Assembly (NCBI GenBank): GCA_041675585.1
Contig: JBAYTO010000003.1
Coordinates: 21,396-85,395, forward strand
Length of the DNA: 64,000 nucleotides
Source: Desulfurivibrionaceae bacterium
GTDB taxonomy: Bacteria; Desulfobacterota; Desulfobulbia; Desulfobulbales; Desulfurivibrionaceae
Direction of reading: 5' to 3'
Of the stretch, positions 28,631 to 38,956 are shown piece by piece. Each line of letters opens with the position of its first letter. The first letter of the stretch is position 1. The translations under genes and the position numbers were made by a program. The notes below the pieces were generated by a model, which ran no database searches, was not told the origin of the DNA, and saw nothing but the letters and a program-made list of their open reading frames with translations.

Positions 28631-29557
28631 TCAGTACAAAACACTCATCAGGGTCAAACCCTTGGCGGGCGCGGTTGCCCCAGCCTGGGACCGATCCCGG
28701 GCCGCCACGATCTCCTGAAAATCAAGAGGGGTCAATCGCCTGCGACCCACGGCAAACAAGGTGCCGACAATATTGCGCACCATATGCCGCAGAAAACCAT
28801 CCCCGACGAAGGTCAACCGATACACCGCCCCACCGTTTTTCTCATCCTCGGCAAGGCTTGCGGCAAAGATGGTCCGCACGGCGCCCCTGCCCCCGGAAAT
28901 GGACAAATCACGGGAGCCGGTTGCCTCAAAGCTGCTGAAATCATGGGTCCCGATCAACATCGGCAGACAGAGCCGCACGGCGGAGCAATCGAAAGGAATC
29001 CTGACCTGGGCAGCATACAGCCGCAGACAGGGCGGCATGGTCTCCGTGGCCATAAAGATGTATTCATACACCTTGCCCGTGGCGTTATAGCGCGCATGAA
29101 AATCGTTGGCAACATTTTCAGCAGCAAGCACCCTGATTGCCTCGGGCAGCATGCTGTTCAATCCCTTCACCAGGCCGGAAAGCGGGATGAGCGACTCGGT
29201 CTGAAAATTGGCCGTCATCCCCTCGGCATGGACCCCGGCATCGGTTCGGCCAGCCCCGTGGAGAGTGACAGGTCCCTGGGTGATCAGGGCAAGGGACTCT
29301 TCCATGCTCTGCTGGATGGAGGGCTGACCCAGCTGCCTCTGCCAACCGGCGTAACCGGTCCCGTCATAAGCCAAAACAAGCTTGATGTTTCGCAAGCGTT
29401 CACCGGGCACCACATCTTGAGGCGATCGGCCAGGCTCACGTACCTGAGGTACGCATCGCCGTCCCGCTTGCCGCAACCTGCACCACCCTGTGCCCGCTTG
29501 TTCGTCGGCTTTCCCTGTTTTGCGGCTCACCCCGTGAACGGTTACGATGTTTCGCAC
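28631..29557 (-). CDS. truA: tRNA pseudouridine(38-40) synthase; start at GTG 29557 (with 54-codon insert) or TTG 29395
   Basis: AYDG..Y.GWQ, GAGRTDAGVHA, FHARY, GFLRHMVR and TAPAKGLTL motifs. Confidence 0.95.
   Translation of the reverse strand: MRNIVTVHGVSRKTGKADEQAGTGWCRLRQAGRRCVPQVREPGRSPQDVVPGERLRNIKLVLAYDGTGYAGWQRQLGQPSIQQSMEESLALITQGPVTLHGAGRTDAGVHAEGMTANFQTESLIPLSGLVKGLNSMLPEAIRVLAAENVANDFHARYNATGKVYEYIFMATETMPPCLRLYAAQVRIPFDCSAVRLCLPMLIGTHDFSSFEATGSRDLSISGGRGAVRTIFAASLAEDEKNGGAVYRLTFVGDGFLRHMVRNIVGTLFAVGRRRLTPLDFQEIVAARDRSQAGATAPAKGLTLMSVLY
29392..29545. mobile_element. MITE-like element with imperfect terminal inverted repeats and target duplication
   Basis: Ends GCAAGCGTTCACCGGG / CCCCGTGAACGGTTAC (13/16 complementary); GATGTTTC duplicated at 29384-29391 and 29546-29553. 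Confidence 0.8.
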
Positions 29558-29563
29558 CGGTCT

Positions 29564-30595
29564 TTACGGAAAAAGAGGAACGATTCGAAGTCCGGTATTT
29601 TCCGGAAAGCCGCACATGAGATTCATGTTCTGCACCGCTTGCCCGGAGGCGCCCTTAACCACATTGTCTATGGCGGAAAGGATGACAACCCGGCCGGTGC
29701 GCGGATCAAACCTGGTGCCGATATCGCAGTAATTGCTGCCCCGGAGATATTGGGTCGCCGGATACTGCCCTGCCTGGCAGACCCGAACAAACTCCTCGTC
29801 CCGGTAATAATCCTGGTAGAGCTCGGTCAAATCCGGAAGCGGCTTGCCGGCATGCGCGTAAATCGTGCTGAGAATGCCGCGCGACATCGGCACCAGATGC
29901 GGGGTGAAAGACACCGTTACCGGCCGGCCGCACAATCCGCTCAGCTCCTGTTCGATCTCCGGGGTATGCCGGTGCTCACCCACCTTGTATGCCTTGAAGC
30001 CGTCGGCCACCTCGCAAAACAGCGCCCCGGTCTGTGCCGCCCGCCCTGCCCCGGACACCCCTGACTTGGAATCGATGATGATGGTTTCCGGCTCGACCAG
30101 CCCGGCTTTGAGCAGTGGCGCCAGCCCCAAAATAACACTGGTCGGGTAGCAGCCGGGATTGGCCACCAGCTGAGCCTTGCGGATCGCCGCCCGATGCAGC
30201 TCGGGCAGACCGTACACCGCCGTGGCCAGCAAATCTTTGGCACTGTGGGCCTGGTACCATTGCTCATAGACCTGCGCGTCATGGAGGCGGAAGTCGGCGG
30301 ACAGATCAACGACCTTCTTGCCTGCGGCCACCAGCAACGGCACGATATCCATCGCGGTCTGATGGGGCACTGCGGTAAAGAAAAAATCAGCCCGGTCAAC
30401 AAGGGCCTCGACCGGAAGATCTTCGCAGACAATGTCCGCCCTGCCCTGCAGGCTGGGAAAAACCTGGGAAAGCGGTTTCCCCGCATACTGCCGGGAGGTC
30501 GCCACCGTCAGCTCTACCTCGGGATGATTGCACAGAATCCGGGCAAGCTCCGCCCCGGTGTAACCGGATGCCCCTACAATGGCGATTCGTATCAT
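29564..30595 (-). CDS. argC: N-acetyl-gamma-glutamyl-phosphate reductase
   Basis: [16 protein letters not shown] (catalytic Cys), [21 protein letters not shown]. Confidence 0.97.
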   Translation of the reverse strand: MIRIAIVGASGYTGAELARILCNHPEVELTVATSRQYAGKPLSQVFPSLQGRADIVCEDLPVEALVDRADFFFTAVPHQTAMDIVPLLVAAGKKVVDLSADFRLHDAQVYEQWYQAHSAKDLLATAVYGLPELHRAAIRKAQLVANPGCYPTSVILGLAPLLKAGLVEPETIIIDSKSGVSGAGRAAQTGALFCEVADGFKAYKVGEHRHTPEIEQELSGLCGRPVTVSFTPHLVPMSRGILSTIYAHAGKPLPDLTELYQDYYRDEEFVRVCQAGQYPATQYLRGSNYCDIGTRFDPRTGRVVILSAIDNVVKGASGQAVQNMNLMCGFPENTGLRIVPLFP

Positions 30596-30730
30596 CTTTA
30601 TCTCCACTCACCCAAGAAAACAACAGGCCTGATTAAGGCCAAAAAAAATCAGGGGAAGAGCGATAGGCGCCTTCCCCTGATGAGATAACAATGGTGTCGA
30701 TGATATTGACCAGGCAATACCAGGCAACGA

Positions 30731-31126
30731 TTAACGCTTGGAGAACTGGAACCTTGCTCTGGCGCTCTTCTGACCATATTTTTTCCGCTCCTTGACACGC
30801 TGATCACGGGTCAGAAAGCCCGCTTTTTTCAGGGTGACCCGGTGCTCGGGATCAACAACCAGCAAGGCGCGGGAAATCCCGTGCCGCAAGGCTTCGGTCT
30901 GGGCAATCTTGCCGCCGCCGGTCAGGGTGGCGAGGATATCAAACTTTGCCGCGGTATCGGTCAGGGCCAGAGGTTTGGAAATCTTCTGCAGGTAGTCAAA
31001 TCCACCGCCGAAATAATCCGGCACGCTCATCTTGTTGACCAGGATGTTGCCGGAACCAGGCTTCAACCACACCCTGGCTATAGCGGTTTTTCTTTTTCCG
31101 GTCGCGTAAAAACTATTATCTGCCAT
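30731..31126 (-). CDS. rpsI: 30S ribosomal protein S9
   Basis: [12 protein letters not shown] and [22 protein letters not shown]. Confidence 0.98.
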   Translation of the reverse strand: MADNSFYATGKRKTAIARVWLKPGSGNILVNKMSVPDYFGGGFDYLQKISKPLALTDTAAKFDILATLTGGGKIAQTEALRHGISRALLVVDPEHRVTLKKAGFLTRDQRVKERKKYGQKSARARFQFSKR

Positions 31127-31164
31127 GTTCAAGCTCCAATATCCTGTTTAAAAGGGGCAGGATT

Positions 31165-31220
31165 TTATACCCAGAGGGCATAAGTTTCGTTTGAGCAGGC
31201 AAGCTGCTCAACTCTGCTTA
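31165..31220 (-). repeat. 56-bp two-hairpin dispersed repeat, copy B
   Basis: Minus strand TAAGCAGAGTTGAGCAGCTTGCCTGCTCAAACGAAACTTATGCCCTCTGGGTATAA; begins at the rplM stop codon. Confidence 0.88.
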
Positions 31221-31646
31221 TAATTCCAGAGACTGAGGCTGCTGGGCGGAATGGGGATGGTCCGCTCCGGCATATACCTTTAATTTCTTCAGTTGATTTC
31301 GCCCCAGAGTGTTCTTGGGCAACATGCCGCGGACAGCCTTGCGCAATAATTCTTCCGGCTTTTGCTCCAGAAGCACCTTGGCTGTTTTTTCCTTCAAGCC
31401 GCCCATAAACCCGCTGTGATGGCGATAGACCTTGTCATCCCACTTCTTGCCGGTCAGACGAACCTTGTCCGCATTGACCACGATGACAAAATCACCTACA
31501 TCCATAAAGGTGCAGTAATTTGCCTTGTGCTTGCCGCGCAGACGCGTGGCAATCTCGGAAGCCAGACGGCCAAGCACCTTATCTTGCGCATCAACGATCA
31601 ACCACTTGCGCTCAATATCTTTGACCGGGGTCAAATATGTTTTCAT
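31218..31646 (-). CDS. rplM: 50S ribosomal protein L13
   Basis: LGRLASEIATRLRGKHK, GDFVIVVNA, VRGMLPKN and HPHSAQQP. Confidence 0.98.
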   Translation of the reverse strand: MKTYLTPVKDIERKWLIVDAQDKVLGRLASEIATRLRGKHKANYCTFMDVGDFVIVVNADKVRLTGKKWDDKVYRHHSGFMGGLKEKTAKVLLEQKPEELLRKAVRGMLPKNTLGRNQLKKLKVYAGADHPHSAQQPQSLEL

Positions 31647-31778
31647 TTCCAAGCCCTCGCAAAACTCAATAAAGAATATATCTATATAAGTCAAAATGGC
31701 CCGTTCTGCCATGAAAAAATGCAGACGGGCTGTCGATCGATGCAAACAGGCCCACAGGTTCTGGCCTAGGTCAAAATG

Positions 31779-31853
<75 letters not shown>

Positions 31854-32183
31854 TCATTTTCAGGATGTGAAAAACGCCAGATGTATAACAATGCAGGAAG
31901 GGGTTGTCAACAAAAAACCGGGATACCAGGGATAATTTTATCCCCTTGCCCGTTCATGCTCTCCGTTCTCTTTGCGGCGAGAAGATCATGGATATACGCC
32001 CGACTTTACAAACCATACCTGACGTGGCATAGTGCAAAAGTTTTATTTACAATTGGTGCAGCCAGATCAGGCATAGCTTCATCCCACCTTTAAGGTAATG
32101 AACAGACGGCTTAGTGATGCATTTTCAGATCGGCCGCCGTATGACCCAAACCAAAACCCACGAAGTCAGCAAAGAGGCTCAAG

Positions 32184-32702
32184 ATGGCCAAAAAGATAGG
32201 AAGAAATGACCCCTGTTTCTGCGATAGCGGCAAGAAATTCAAAAAATGCTGCCTGGGCACCGGCGCCAGCGCCCCGGCCCGCCTCGCTCTCCCCTCAATA
32301 AAAACTGAAGTTGAAAAAATCCAGGAAAGCGCCGGCGCCGGGAAAGCTGCCGTGCTGGCCATGGGTGTTTTCGTGTTCTTCTCCACCTCCGGCGGCGACG
32401 CCTGGCTCCTGGAGGTCACGGACATGGATGCCATCCAGGTAGCAAAGGGTGGGGAAAAGCTGGCGGTGGAGATCGAGGAGAATCCCGAGACCATCGAGAT
32501 CAACTGGACCCATAAATTCGAGATCAAGAACAAACAGTTTATTCTCACCTCATACAAGGACGAAAGCGAAGAGGCTCGAGAAGACTATCCGGCCCATGCC
32601 ATTCTTTCCTTGGTGAAAAAAATCCGCAGTCGTATTCCGCCCGAGTTGCTCAGCACCCTTCACCTGGACAGCAGCGAAGAAGCCCGAACCCTGGCAGGTT
32701 GA
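32184..32702 (+). CDS. SEC-C motif-containing protein
   Basis: IGRNDPCFCDSGKKFKKCC at the N-terminus; remainder unrecognised. Confidence 0.85.
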   Translation: MAKKIGRNDPCFCDSGKKFKKCCLGTGASAPARLALPSIKTEVEKIQESAGAGKAAVLAMGVFVFFSTSGGDAWLLEVTDMDAIQVAKGGEKLAVEIEENPETIEINWTHKFEIKNKQFILTSYKDESEEAREDYPAHAILSLVKKIRSRIPPELLSTLHLDSSEEARTLAG

Positions 32703-32761
32703 GGCCGAACCGCCCACAATGAACTGTTGCGGCATCACCCTCTGAAAACAGCGCGCGCCAC

Positions 32762-33535
32762 ATGAGCTACCTCATCATCTGCACCGTAGCTCTGCTGGCC
32801 TCGGGCCTGACCCTCTTCTCCGGCTTCGGCCTTGGCACCTTGCTCATGCCGGTTTTCGCCATTTTTTTCCCGGTCGAGGTGGCCATTGCCCAGACCGCGC
32901 TGGTCCACTTTGCCAACAATCTGTTCAAGGTCTGGCTCTTCAGCCGGAGGGCGGACTGGCATACGGTGCTGCTTTTCGGCCTGCCCGCCTTTCTGGCGAG
33001 CTTCGCAGGCGCCAGGGTACTCCTCTGGCTGGCTGACCTTGCCCCGCTTTACACTTATCTTCTCAATGGCCGGCAGCTTGCGATCCACCCGGTCAAACTC
33101 GTCGTTGCCATGCTTATGGCCGGGTTTTCCGTGCTCGAATTATTTCCTGCCACCAAACAGCTCGCCATCAGCCGAAAATACATCCCCGCCGGGGGACTCC
33201 TGAGCGGTTTTTTAGGAGGGCTCTCCGGCAATCAGGGCGCCTTTCGCAGTGCCTTTCTCCTCAAGAGCGGTCTCAACAAGGAGGCCTTCATCGGCACGGG
33301 CGTGGTCATCGCCGCCCTGGTTGATTTTTCCCGCCTCACCGTCTATGCTGACCTTCTCGGATCAACAGAGGTCATGGGAAACCTGCCCCTCATCCTGATT
33401 GCCACTCTGGCCGCCTTTACCGGCGCATTCTGGGGCAGCCGCCTGATCAGGAAGGTGACCCTCCGCAACGTGCAGGTGCTGGTGGCGGTCATGCTTGTCC
33501 TGATTGCCATCCTGCTAGGCAGCGGGATCATTTAA
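32762..33535 (+). CDS. TauE/SafE (TSUP, DUF81) family membrane protein
   Basis: SGFGLGTLLMP and GFLGGLSGNQG internal repeat; about 8 TM helices. Confidence 0.85.
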   Translation: MSYLIICTVALLASGLTLFSGFGLGTLLMPVFAIFFPVEVAIAQTALVHFANNLFKVWLFSRRADWHTVLLFGLPAFLASFAGARVLLWLADLAPLYTYLLNGRQLAIHPVKLVVAMLMAGFSVLELFPATKQLAISRKYIPAGGLLSGFLGGLSGNQGAFRSAFLLKSGLNKEAFIGTGVVIAALVDFSRLTVYADLLGSTEVMGNLPLILIATLAAFTGAFWGSRLIRKVTLRNVQVLVAVMLVLIAILLGSGII

Positions 33536-33607
33536 ACGATTCTGGTACTGTCAAATTTGCGGATCTTCCAGCAAGAACGGACACTACTTAAAAAGAAGAA
33601 AATAACC

Positions 33608-33967
33608 ATGAATCTGCTCAGGCTGTTCCCCGTGATTTTCAGCATGCTGCTTCTCACCGCCCATTTTTACCGGGCAGGGTATCTCCTTCTTGCCGGCGGC
33701 TCCTTGCTTGCTCTCGGACTGCTCTTCATCCGCCGGCCACTGGCGGCCAGGCTCATGCAAGGGCTGCTCGTGGCAGGCGCGATGGAATGGCTCGCTACCG
33801 CAGGTCGGCTTGTTATCTTCCGGCAAGCCCAGGGACTTCCCTGGCTGCGCCTCGCGATGATTCTCGGGCTGGTCGCCCTCACCACTCTGCTCTCCGCCCT
33901 GGTCTTCCGGACAGGCGGTCTCAAATCCCGGTATCATCTTTGGCAAAAGGAACAGGAGAAGGGCTAA
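33608..33967 (+). CDS. Hypothetical membrane protein
   Basis: Four hydrophobic segments; LLTAHFYR and PWLRLAMIL segments. Confidence 0.7.
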   Translation: MNLLRLFPVIFSMLLLTAHFYRAGYLLLAGGSLLALGLLFIRRPLAARLMQGLLVAGAMEWLATAGRLVIFRQAQGLPWLRLAMILGLVALTTLLSALVFRTGGLKSRYHLWQKEQEKG

Positions 33968-34086
33968 TTATCGATCAGGCCATTGCGCGGCAGCAAATTT
34001 TAAACTGGACAAAGATTAAGAAAAGACTTAAATTACATTCATCCATGGAATCGCGAAACCGACTATAAATCTTCCCGGAGACCGCC

Positions 34087-34302
34087 ATGCCCATCTATGA
34101 ATACCGCTGCCAGGAATGCAAGGCGCTGTTTGAAGCCATTGTCACCTCGACGGAGAACGCAACCGAGGTGAGCTGCCCGAAATGCTCCAGCCGCAGCGGC
34201 AAAAAAATCATCTCCGCCTCAAGCTTCCGGATCGCCTCCGGCTCAAGCGCCATCCCCGCAGGAGCGCTCTCGGGCTGTGCCACTAAATCGGGTTTTTCCT
34301 GA
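34087..34302 (+). CDS. FmdB-family zinc-ribbon protein
   Basis: MPIYEYRCQECKALFE...CPKC. Confidence 0.9.
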   Translation: MPIYEYRCQECKALFEAIVTSTENATEVSCPKCSSRSGKKIISASSFRIASGSSAIPAGALSGCATKSGFS

Positions 34303-34355
34303 GCCTGAAAACATTGCGGCCGGTCCGGCCGCACCACATATTTTTTCCAACCTTT

Positions 34356-35879
34356 CTAATCTTTGAATCGCTCATAAGTAGCTGCGAACTCTGCGGTATT
34401 TTCCTTGAATACCGCCAATACCCGAGGATCGAAATGGCCTGGCATGGTCCGGCCGTCACCATCGATGATGATGCCGCAGGTGGTGGCATGGTCATAGGCG
34501 GGCTTGTAAACCCTGGCATTGCGCAGGGCGTCATACTGGTCGGCAAGATTCATAATCCGTGCGGAAAGAGGTATCTCTTCGCCGGCCAATCGATTGGGAT
34601 AGCCGCCGCCATCCCAACGTTCGTGGTGCGCCAAGGCGATCTCAGCCGCCATGGTAAGGCGCGGGTGAGCGCCGAGGATCTTGACCCCGTAAAGCGGGTG
34701 CTGCTTTATCTGGGCAAACTCATCGTCGGTTAATTTGCCGGGCTTTTTCAACGTCTCCGGGGGGATATGGATCTTGCCCACATCATGCATCATGGCCTGC
34801 AAGCGGACAATGGAGACAAACTTATCTGACAGGCCGAGTTTGCCGGCGAGGAGGGCGCAGTACTCCCCCACCCGCAGAATATGGTTGCCGGTATCTTCGT
34901 CATTGACCTCGGAAGCTCGGGCCAAAGCAGAAACCGTATAGGCGAAGGCATCGTCCGTTTCGCGGATCTGGGCGGCAATGGAGTTCAAGAACAGGGTCTG
35001 GGTCACCAGGCTCTCGATTACCGAGGCATCGTATCTGGTAACCTCCCGACCGTAGTTGATCGCCAGCACGCTGATGTCCTTACCCAGATAAAGGACAAGA
35101 TTGTGTACAGGGATACCGAGCGCCTCCAGCTTGTCCAGGCAGACATTTTTCGTTCCCTTCCCTGCCGCAAGCGCAATCTGGTTGTAAAAAACTATTTCTT
35201 CCCCGTCCCGGGCAAAAAAATCAGGCCGTGGATCAAAGGCCAGCGAGGTTCGGCTGAGGGCGCCGGCCACCACCTCGTACCGGTACCAGCCGCCTCTCCC
35301 CACGTTCCCTGGAAGGTGAACCAGCATCGTCTGGGGACGATCCCGCATCCCCTCTTCTTGCCTGATGATCTGGCCGACCATGCTGTCAATCGTGTCCAGC
35401 AGATTGAACTCCAGCGGTCCAAAGGTCTGGACTAGCTGCCGGGCAAAAGAGGTCATGGCAAGGATGCTGGCGTAACTGTGCTTGAGCCGGTCCTTAAGTT
35501 CTTTAACTTTTAAGAGCATCCGGACCCGGGCTATCACCTCAACCCGATCGAAGGGCTTAACCAGATAATCATCAACCCCGGCCTCTATGCCCCGGACTCG
35601 ATCATTTTTGGAAGAAAGAGCGGTAATAATGACCACGGGGATGTCCCGAAACCCCTCATCCCCCTTGAGAATGCGGCAGAGTTCAAAACCGTCCATCCCC
35701 GGCATAATCACATCCAAAAGCACCAGGTCCACGGACGACTCTTTCAGTTTGGCCAGAGCCTCACAGCCGTTTGTCGCGCCCAGCACTTCATAACCCTCGG
35801 GCGACAGAATCGCCTCCAACAACCTGATATTGACAAGCTCGTCATCAACGCAAAGAATTCTGACCTGCTTACTCTCCAT
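34356..35879 (-). CDS. Response regulator with HD-GYP (c-di-GMP phosphodiesterase-type) output
   Basis: Receiver VDD...LLDVIMP...KP; HDVGK and HHERWDGGGYP intact. Confidence 0.92.
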   Translation of the reverse strand: MESKQVRILCVDDELVNIRLLEAILSPEGYEVLGATNGCEALAKLKESSVDLVLLDVIMPGMDGFELCRILKGDEGFRDIPVVIITALSSKNDRVRGIEAGVDDYLVKPFDRVEVIARVRMLLKVKELKDRLKHSYASILAMTSFARQLVQTFGPLEFNLLDTIDSMVGQIIRQEEGMRDRPQTMLVHLPGNVGRGGWYRYEVVAGALSRTSLAFDPRPDFFARDGEEIVFYNQIALAAGKGTKNVCLDKLEALGIPVHNLVLYLGKDISVLAINYGREVTRYDASVIESLVTQTLFLNSIAAQIRETDDAFAYTVSALARASEVNDEDTGNHILRVGEYCALLAGKLGLSDKFVSIVRLQAMMHDVGKIHIPPETLKKPGKLTDDEFAQIKQHPLYGVKILGAHPRLTMAAEIALAHHERWDGGGYPNRLAGEEIPLSARIMNLADQYDALRNARVYKPAYDHATTCGIIIDGDGRTMPGHFDPRVLAVFKENTAEFAATYERFKD

Positions 35880-36255
35880 CAGCCTTTCCCTCGCCAAGAT
35901 GTCTTTTGATCGTTGCCATCAACTCCAAGATATCCACGGGCTTGCTGAGATAATCATCACAACCGGCCTGTAAAGCCTTCTCCTTGTCCCCTGCCATGGC
36001 AAAGGAGGTTACGGCGATGATCCTCAGGCCATGCAACCCGGGATCGTGGCGCAAGATATTGACGGCGGCAAAACCATCCAGCACCGGCATTTGCATATCC
36101 ATCAGGATAAGGTCCGGACGCTCTTCCCGGGCCAAGCGCACACCTTCCTCGCCATTTCTTGCCGTTAACACCGCATAGCCGTGATATACGAGGATATCCC
36201 GCATGAGGACCAGATTTTGTTCATTGTCTTCCACCACCAGAATTTTGGGGGCCAT
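35869..36255 (-). CDS. Single-domain response regulator (DivK-like)
   Basis: VEDN, ILMDMQMP, VTSFAM.GD, SKP. Confidence 0.92.
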   Translation of the reverse strand: MAPKILVVEDNEQNLVLMRDILVYHGYAVLTARNGEEGVRLAREERPDLILMDMQMPVLDGFAAVNILRHDPGLHGLRIIAVTSFAMAGDKEKALQAGCDDYLSKPVDILELMATIKRHLGEGKADGE

Positions 36256-36271
36256 TGTCTTTTCTCCCTTA

Positions 36272-36308
36272 CAACCGTTCAACCGTTCAACCGGTCACCC
36301 GGTCAACC
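36272..36308. repeat. Imperfect octanucleotide tandem repeat
   Basis: CAACCGTT CAACCGTT CAACCGGT CACCCGGT CAACC; spans the kinase stop codon. Confidence 0.65.
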
Positions 36309-38956
36309 ACGGCAATGAACTCCTCCCGGTCGAGCCTGCCCTTTTCCAGCACCGCCTGAGCCCCATGCCTGAGCAACCGGCCCCTTTCCTCCCCGGGCAA
36401 CTCCATGGCGGTCAGAATGATAACCGGCACCTCCGTGGTGTTTTCCCGAGAACGCAGCGCGCCAAGCACCTCAAAGCCGTTCATCTCCGGCAGCATAAGG
36501 TCCAGAATAATCAGTCCCGGCGGATTTTCCTGAGCCGCCGCCACCCCTTCCCTGCCGTTGACCGCCGAGCGGACCACAAAGCCCTCGCCGACAAGGGCGG
36601 CCTCCACGATTCGCGAGGCGTCCTGATCATCTTCGATAATCAGAGCGGTCTTTTCCCTCGCCCCCCCCCGCCTCCGAACCGCCTGTTCCGGGGCTGACTG
36701 TGCCTGACCGGGCTGCCGGACCGGAATGGTGAAGATAAAGCTGCTGCCCTTGCCCTCCTCGCTTTCCACCCAGATCCTGCCGCCGTGCAGCTCCACCAGC
36801 TTCCTGGTCAGGGCCAGACCAAGGCCGGTGCCCTCATATTTTTTGGCATAAGGAGATTCAAGCTGAGCAAAAGACTGGAAAAGCCTGCCAATATTTTCCT
36901 GACTGATGCCGATGCCGGTATCCGCCACGGTAACCCTGAAAAAATCCCCTTCTTGCTCAGCTGAGAGCCGCACCGAGCCGCCATCGGAAGTAAATTTCAG
37001 GGCGTTGCTTAATAGGTTGAAAAGAATCTGTTTAAGTTTTCTGGCGTCCGCTTCGATGATCGTCTCATTCAGGGCAGAATCAAGATCGAGTTCCAGGGAG
37101 ACGCCGTGTTTAAGCGCTTTCTCCTTGAACATGATCATAGCCGCGTCCAGCAGGGTCTTCAGAGTAAAACGGTTTATCTCCAGGATCATCTTGCCAGCCT
37201 CGACCTTGGCCAGATCGAGAATCTCGTTGATCAGCTCCAATAAATGCCTGCCGCTGCCCAGAATATAACTCACATACTCCTGCTGCTTTTCGTTTAGGTT
37301 GCCGAACATTTGCTCCTGCAAAACCTGCGAAAAACCGAGGATTGAGTTGAGCGGCGTGCGCAGCTCGTGACTCATGTTGGCCAAAAAATCGGACTTGGTG
37401 CGGGATGCTTCCGCCAACCGCTGATTGAGCAGAGTCAGCTCCTGCTGCTGGGCTTTGAGCTCCTCGTTTGCCGCCTGATATTCCTCGTTGGCCTTGGCAA
37501 GCTCCTCGGAAATCCTGGCCTTTTCCAGATTGTCGGCCAAAATTTGCACAGCAACACCAAGCCGGGGGGCAATGCGCTGAATAATCTGCCGGTCCATATC
37601 GCCCAGGCCATGAATGCAAGCCAGTTCAAGAACCCCGATGGCTTTGCCCTGATACTCCAGGGGGACAACCAATATCTCTTTTGGAGAAAACGACCCCACG
37701 CCGGCATGCAGAATCAAATGCGATTCCGGGGCAATTTCGACCAGCTTGACCGTCTTGCCCTGGTCCAGACAAGCCTGGGCCAGGCCATCAGACTGCAATG
37801 GCTTGGACACGCCAAGAGCCGCGTACGGGACAACCTGCCCCTCCAGACCGAGATAAAATACTCCGGCCTCGGCGCAGGTTGCCTCGCAAAGTTTGCGCAA
37901 CGCAGCCTGGCCCAACTCTTCCAGACCGCTCCAAGACAGATTGAGCAGGGCCAGGAAATCGCCGTAGGCCTTTTCCGTCGCTTCTTTTTCCGCCAGCTCC
38001 CGGTTGAGCCGGGCGCTTCCGGCAAAAAGATCAGCGCCCTTGTAAGCTGAAAAACCGCCCAGCAAAAGCATGAAACCAGCAAAACCGATGATACCGTAGG
38101 CAAGACGCCGGAATGGGGCCAGGGCTGCATACCGGGAATCATAGAGGACCACCCCCCAGCCGACCTTCTCCACCTTGGCGTAAGCGATGATTTCCTGTTC
38201 CTTATGAATATCGCAAAAGATGATTTCTGTTCCTTCTTCTCCCCGCAGCAACCGTTGCACGCCAGGACGGGTGGAAAAATCAACCAGGGCCTCAGCCATT
38301 TTCAGCTCGGAATGAAAAATCAACCGGCCCCTGCCGTCCACCACATAGGCATGCCGCCCGTTCCCGGCAATCTGGGGCATGAGGGTGGCGAGATAATCAT
38401 CCTTGGGCTGCATGACCAGAATGCCGAAAACCTTATCGTCTTTGTCTTTTATCGGTACCGCGATGGCGAAAAGAAGACGCTGGGGCCTGGCATCCCTGAG
38501 ATAGAACTCCGAGACATAGGGCTGCCAGTTCCTGGCCACGCCAAGATACCAGTCCCGATGGGAAAAATCCTTGCCCAGGGTGGCGGGGTCTTCGGGAAAG
38601 GCGGCCAGTTGAATCCCGGCTTGCGAGGTGATGAAGGCCCGCTCGATGTTCGGGGCATTTTCAATCAGGTTCTTAAGATGTTTGTCCAGTTCCCTTTTGT
38701 CGCCGCGCTGCAATCCTTCAACCAGATAAGGCCTTGCTGCATAGGCCATGGAAAAGGCGGTTTCACCGGCCAAACGCTCCTTGATCCGACCGGCGACGAA
38801 TCTGGCGATCTGTAAATTGTTGTCCATGACCATTCCTGAGATGTGACTCTGGATTTCCTGAACAACAAAAACGGCAAGAAAAACGGTGGGGGTGACGACC
38901 AGCATGATGCCTGCCAGGATAATCCGCCAACGGCGCGCGACAAACCAGTTAAGCAT
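36287..38956 (-). CDS. Hybrid sensor histidine kinase (Cache-like periplasmic domain, GAF, coiled coil, HisKA, HATPase, receiver)
   Basis: Two TM helices; MSHELRTP H-box, NLLSNALKFT, DTGIGI, GTGLGL; C-terminal LDLMLP receiver. Confidence 0.92.
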   Translation of the reverse strand: MLNWFVARRWRIILAGIMLVVTPTVFLAVFVVQEIQSHISGMVMDNNLQIARFVAGRIKERLAGETAFSMAYAARPYLVEGLQRGDKRELDKHLKNLIENAPNIERAFITSQAGIQLAAFPEDPATLGKDFSHRDWYLGVARNWQPYVSEFYLRDARPQRLLFAIAVPIKDKDDKVFGILVMQPKDDYLATLMPQIAGNGRHAYVVDGRGRLIFHSELKMAEALVDFSTRPGVQRLLRGEEGTEIIFCDIHKEQEIIAYAKVEKVGWGVVLYDSRYAALAPFRRLAYGIIGFAGFMLLLGGFSAYKGADLFAGSARLNRELAEKEATEKAYGDFLALLNLSWSGLEELGQAALRKLCEATCAEAGVFYLGLEGQVVPYAALGVSKPLQSDGLAQACLDQGKTVKLVEIAPESHLILHAGVGSFSPKEILVVPLEYQGKAIGVLELACIHGLGDMDRQIIQRIAPRLGVAVQILADNLEKARISEELAKANEEYQAANEELKAQQQELTLLNQRLAEASRTKSDFLANMSHELRTPLNSILGFSQVLQEQMFGNLNEKQQEYVSYILGSGRHLLELINEILDLAKVEAGKMILEINRFTLKTLLDAAMIMFKEKALKHGVSLELDLDSALNETIIEADARKLKQILFNLLSNALKFTSDGGSVRLSAEQEGDFFRVTVADTGIGISQENIGRLFQSFAQLESPYAKKYEGTGLGLALTRKLVELHGGRIWVESEEGKGSSFIFTIPVRQPGQAQSAPEQAVRRRGGAREKTALIIEDDQDASRIVEAALVGEGFVVRSAVNGREGVAAAQENPPGLIILDLMLPEMNGFEVLGALRSRENTTEVPVIILTAMELPGEERGRLLRHGAQAVLEKGRLDREEFIAVVDRVTG

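Noticed and set aside
31165-31182. ATACCC-N3-GGGYAT as a CsoR/RcnR-type operator
   Set aside because: It occurs only as part of the 56-bp repeat at gene 3' ends and not in the copA-copZ divergent promoter region.
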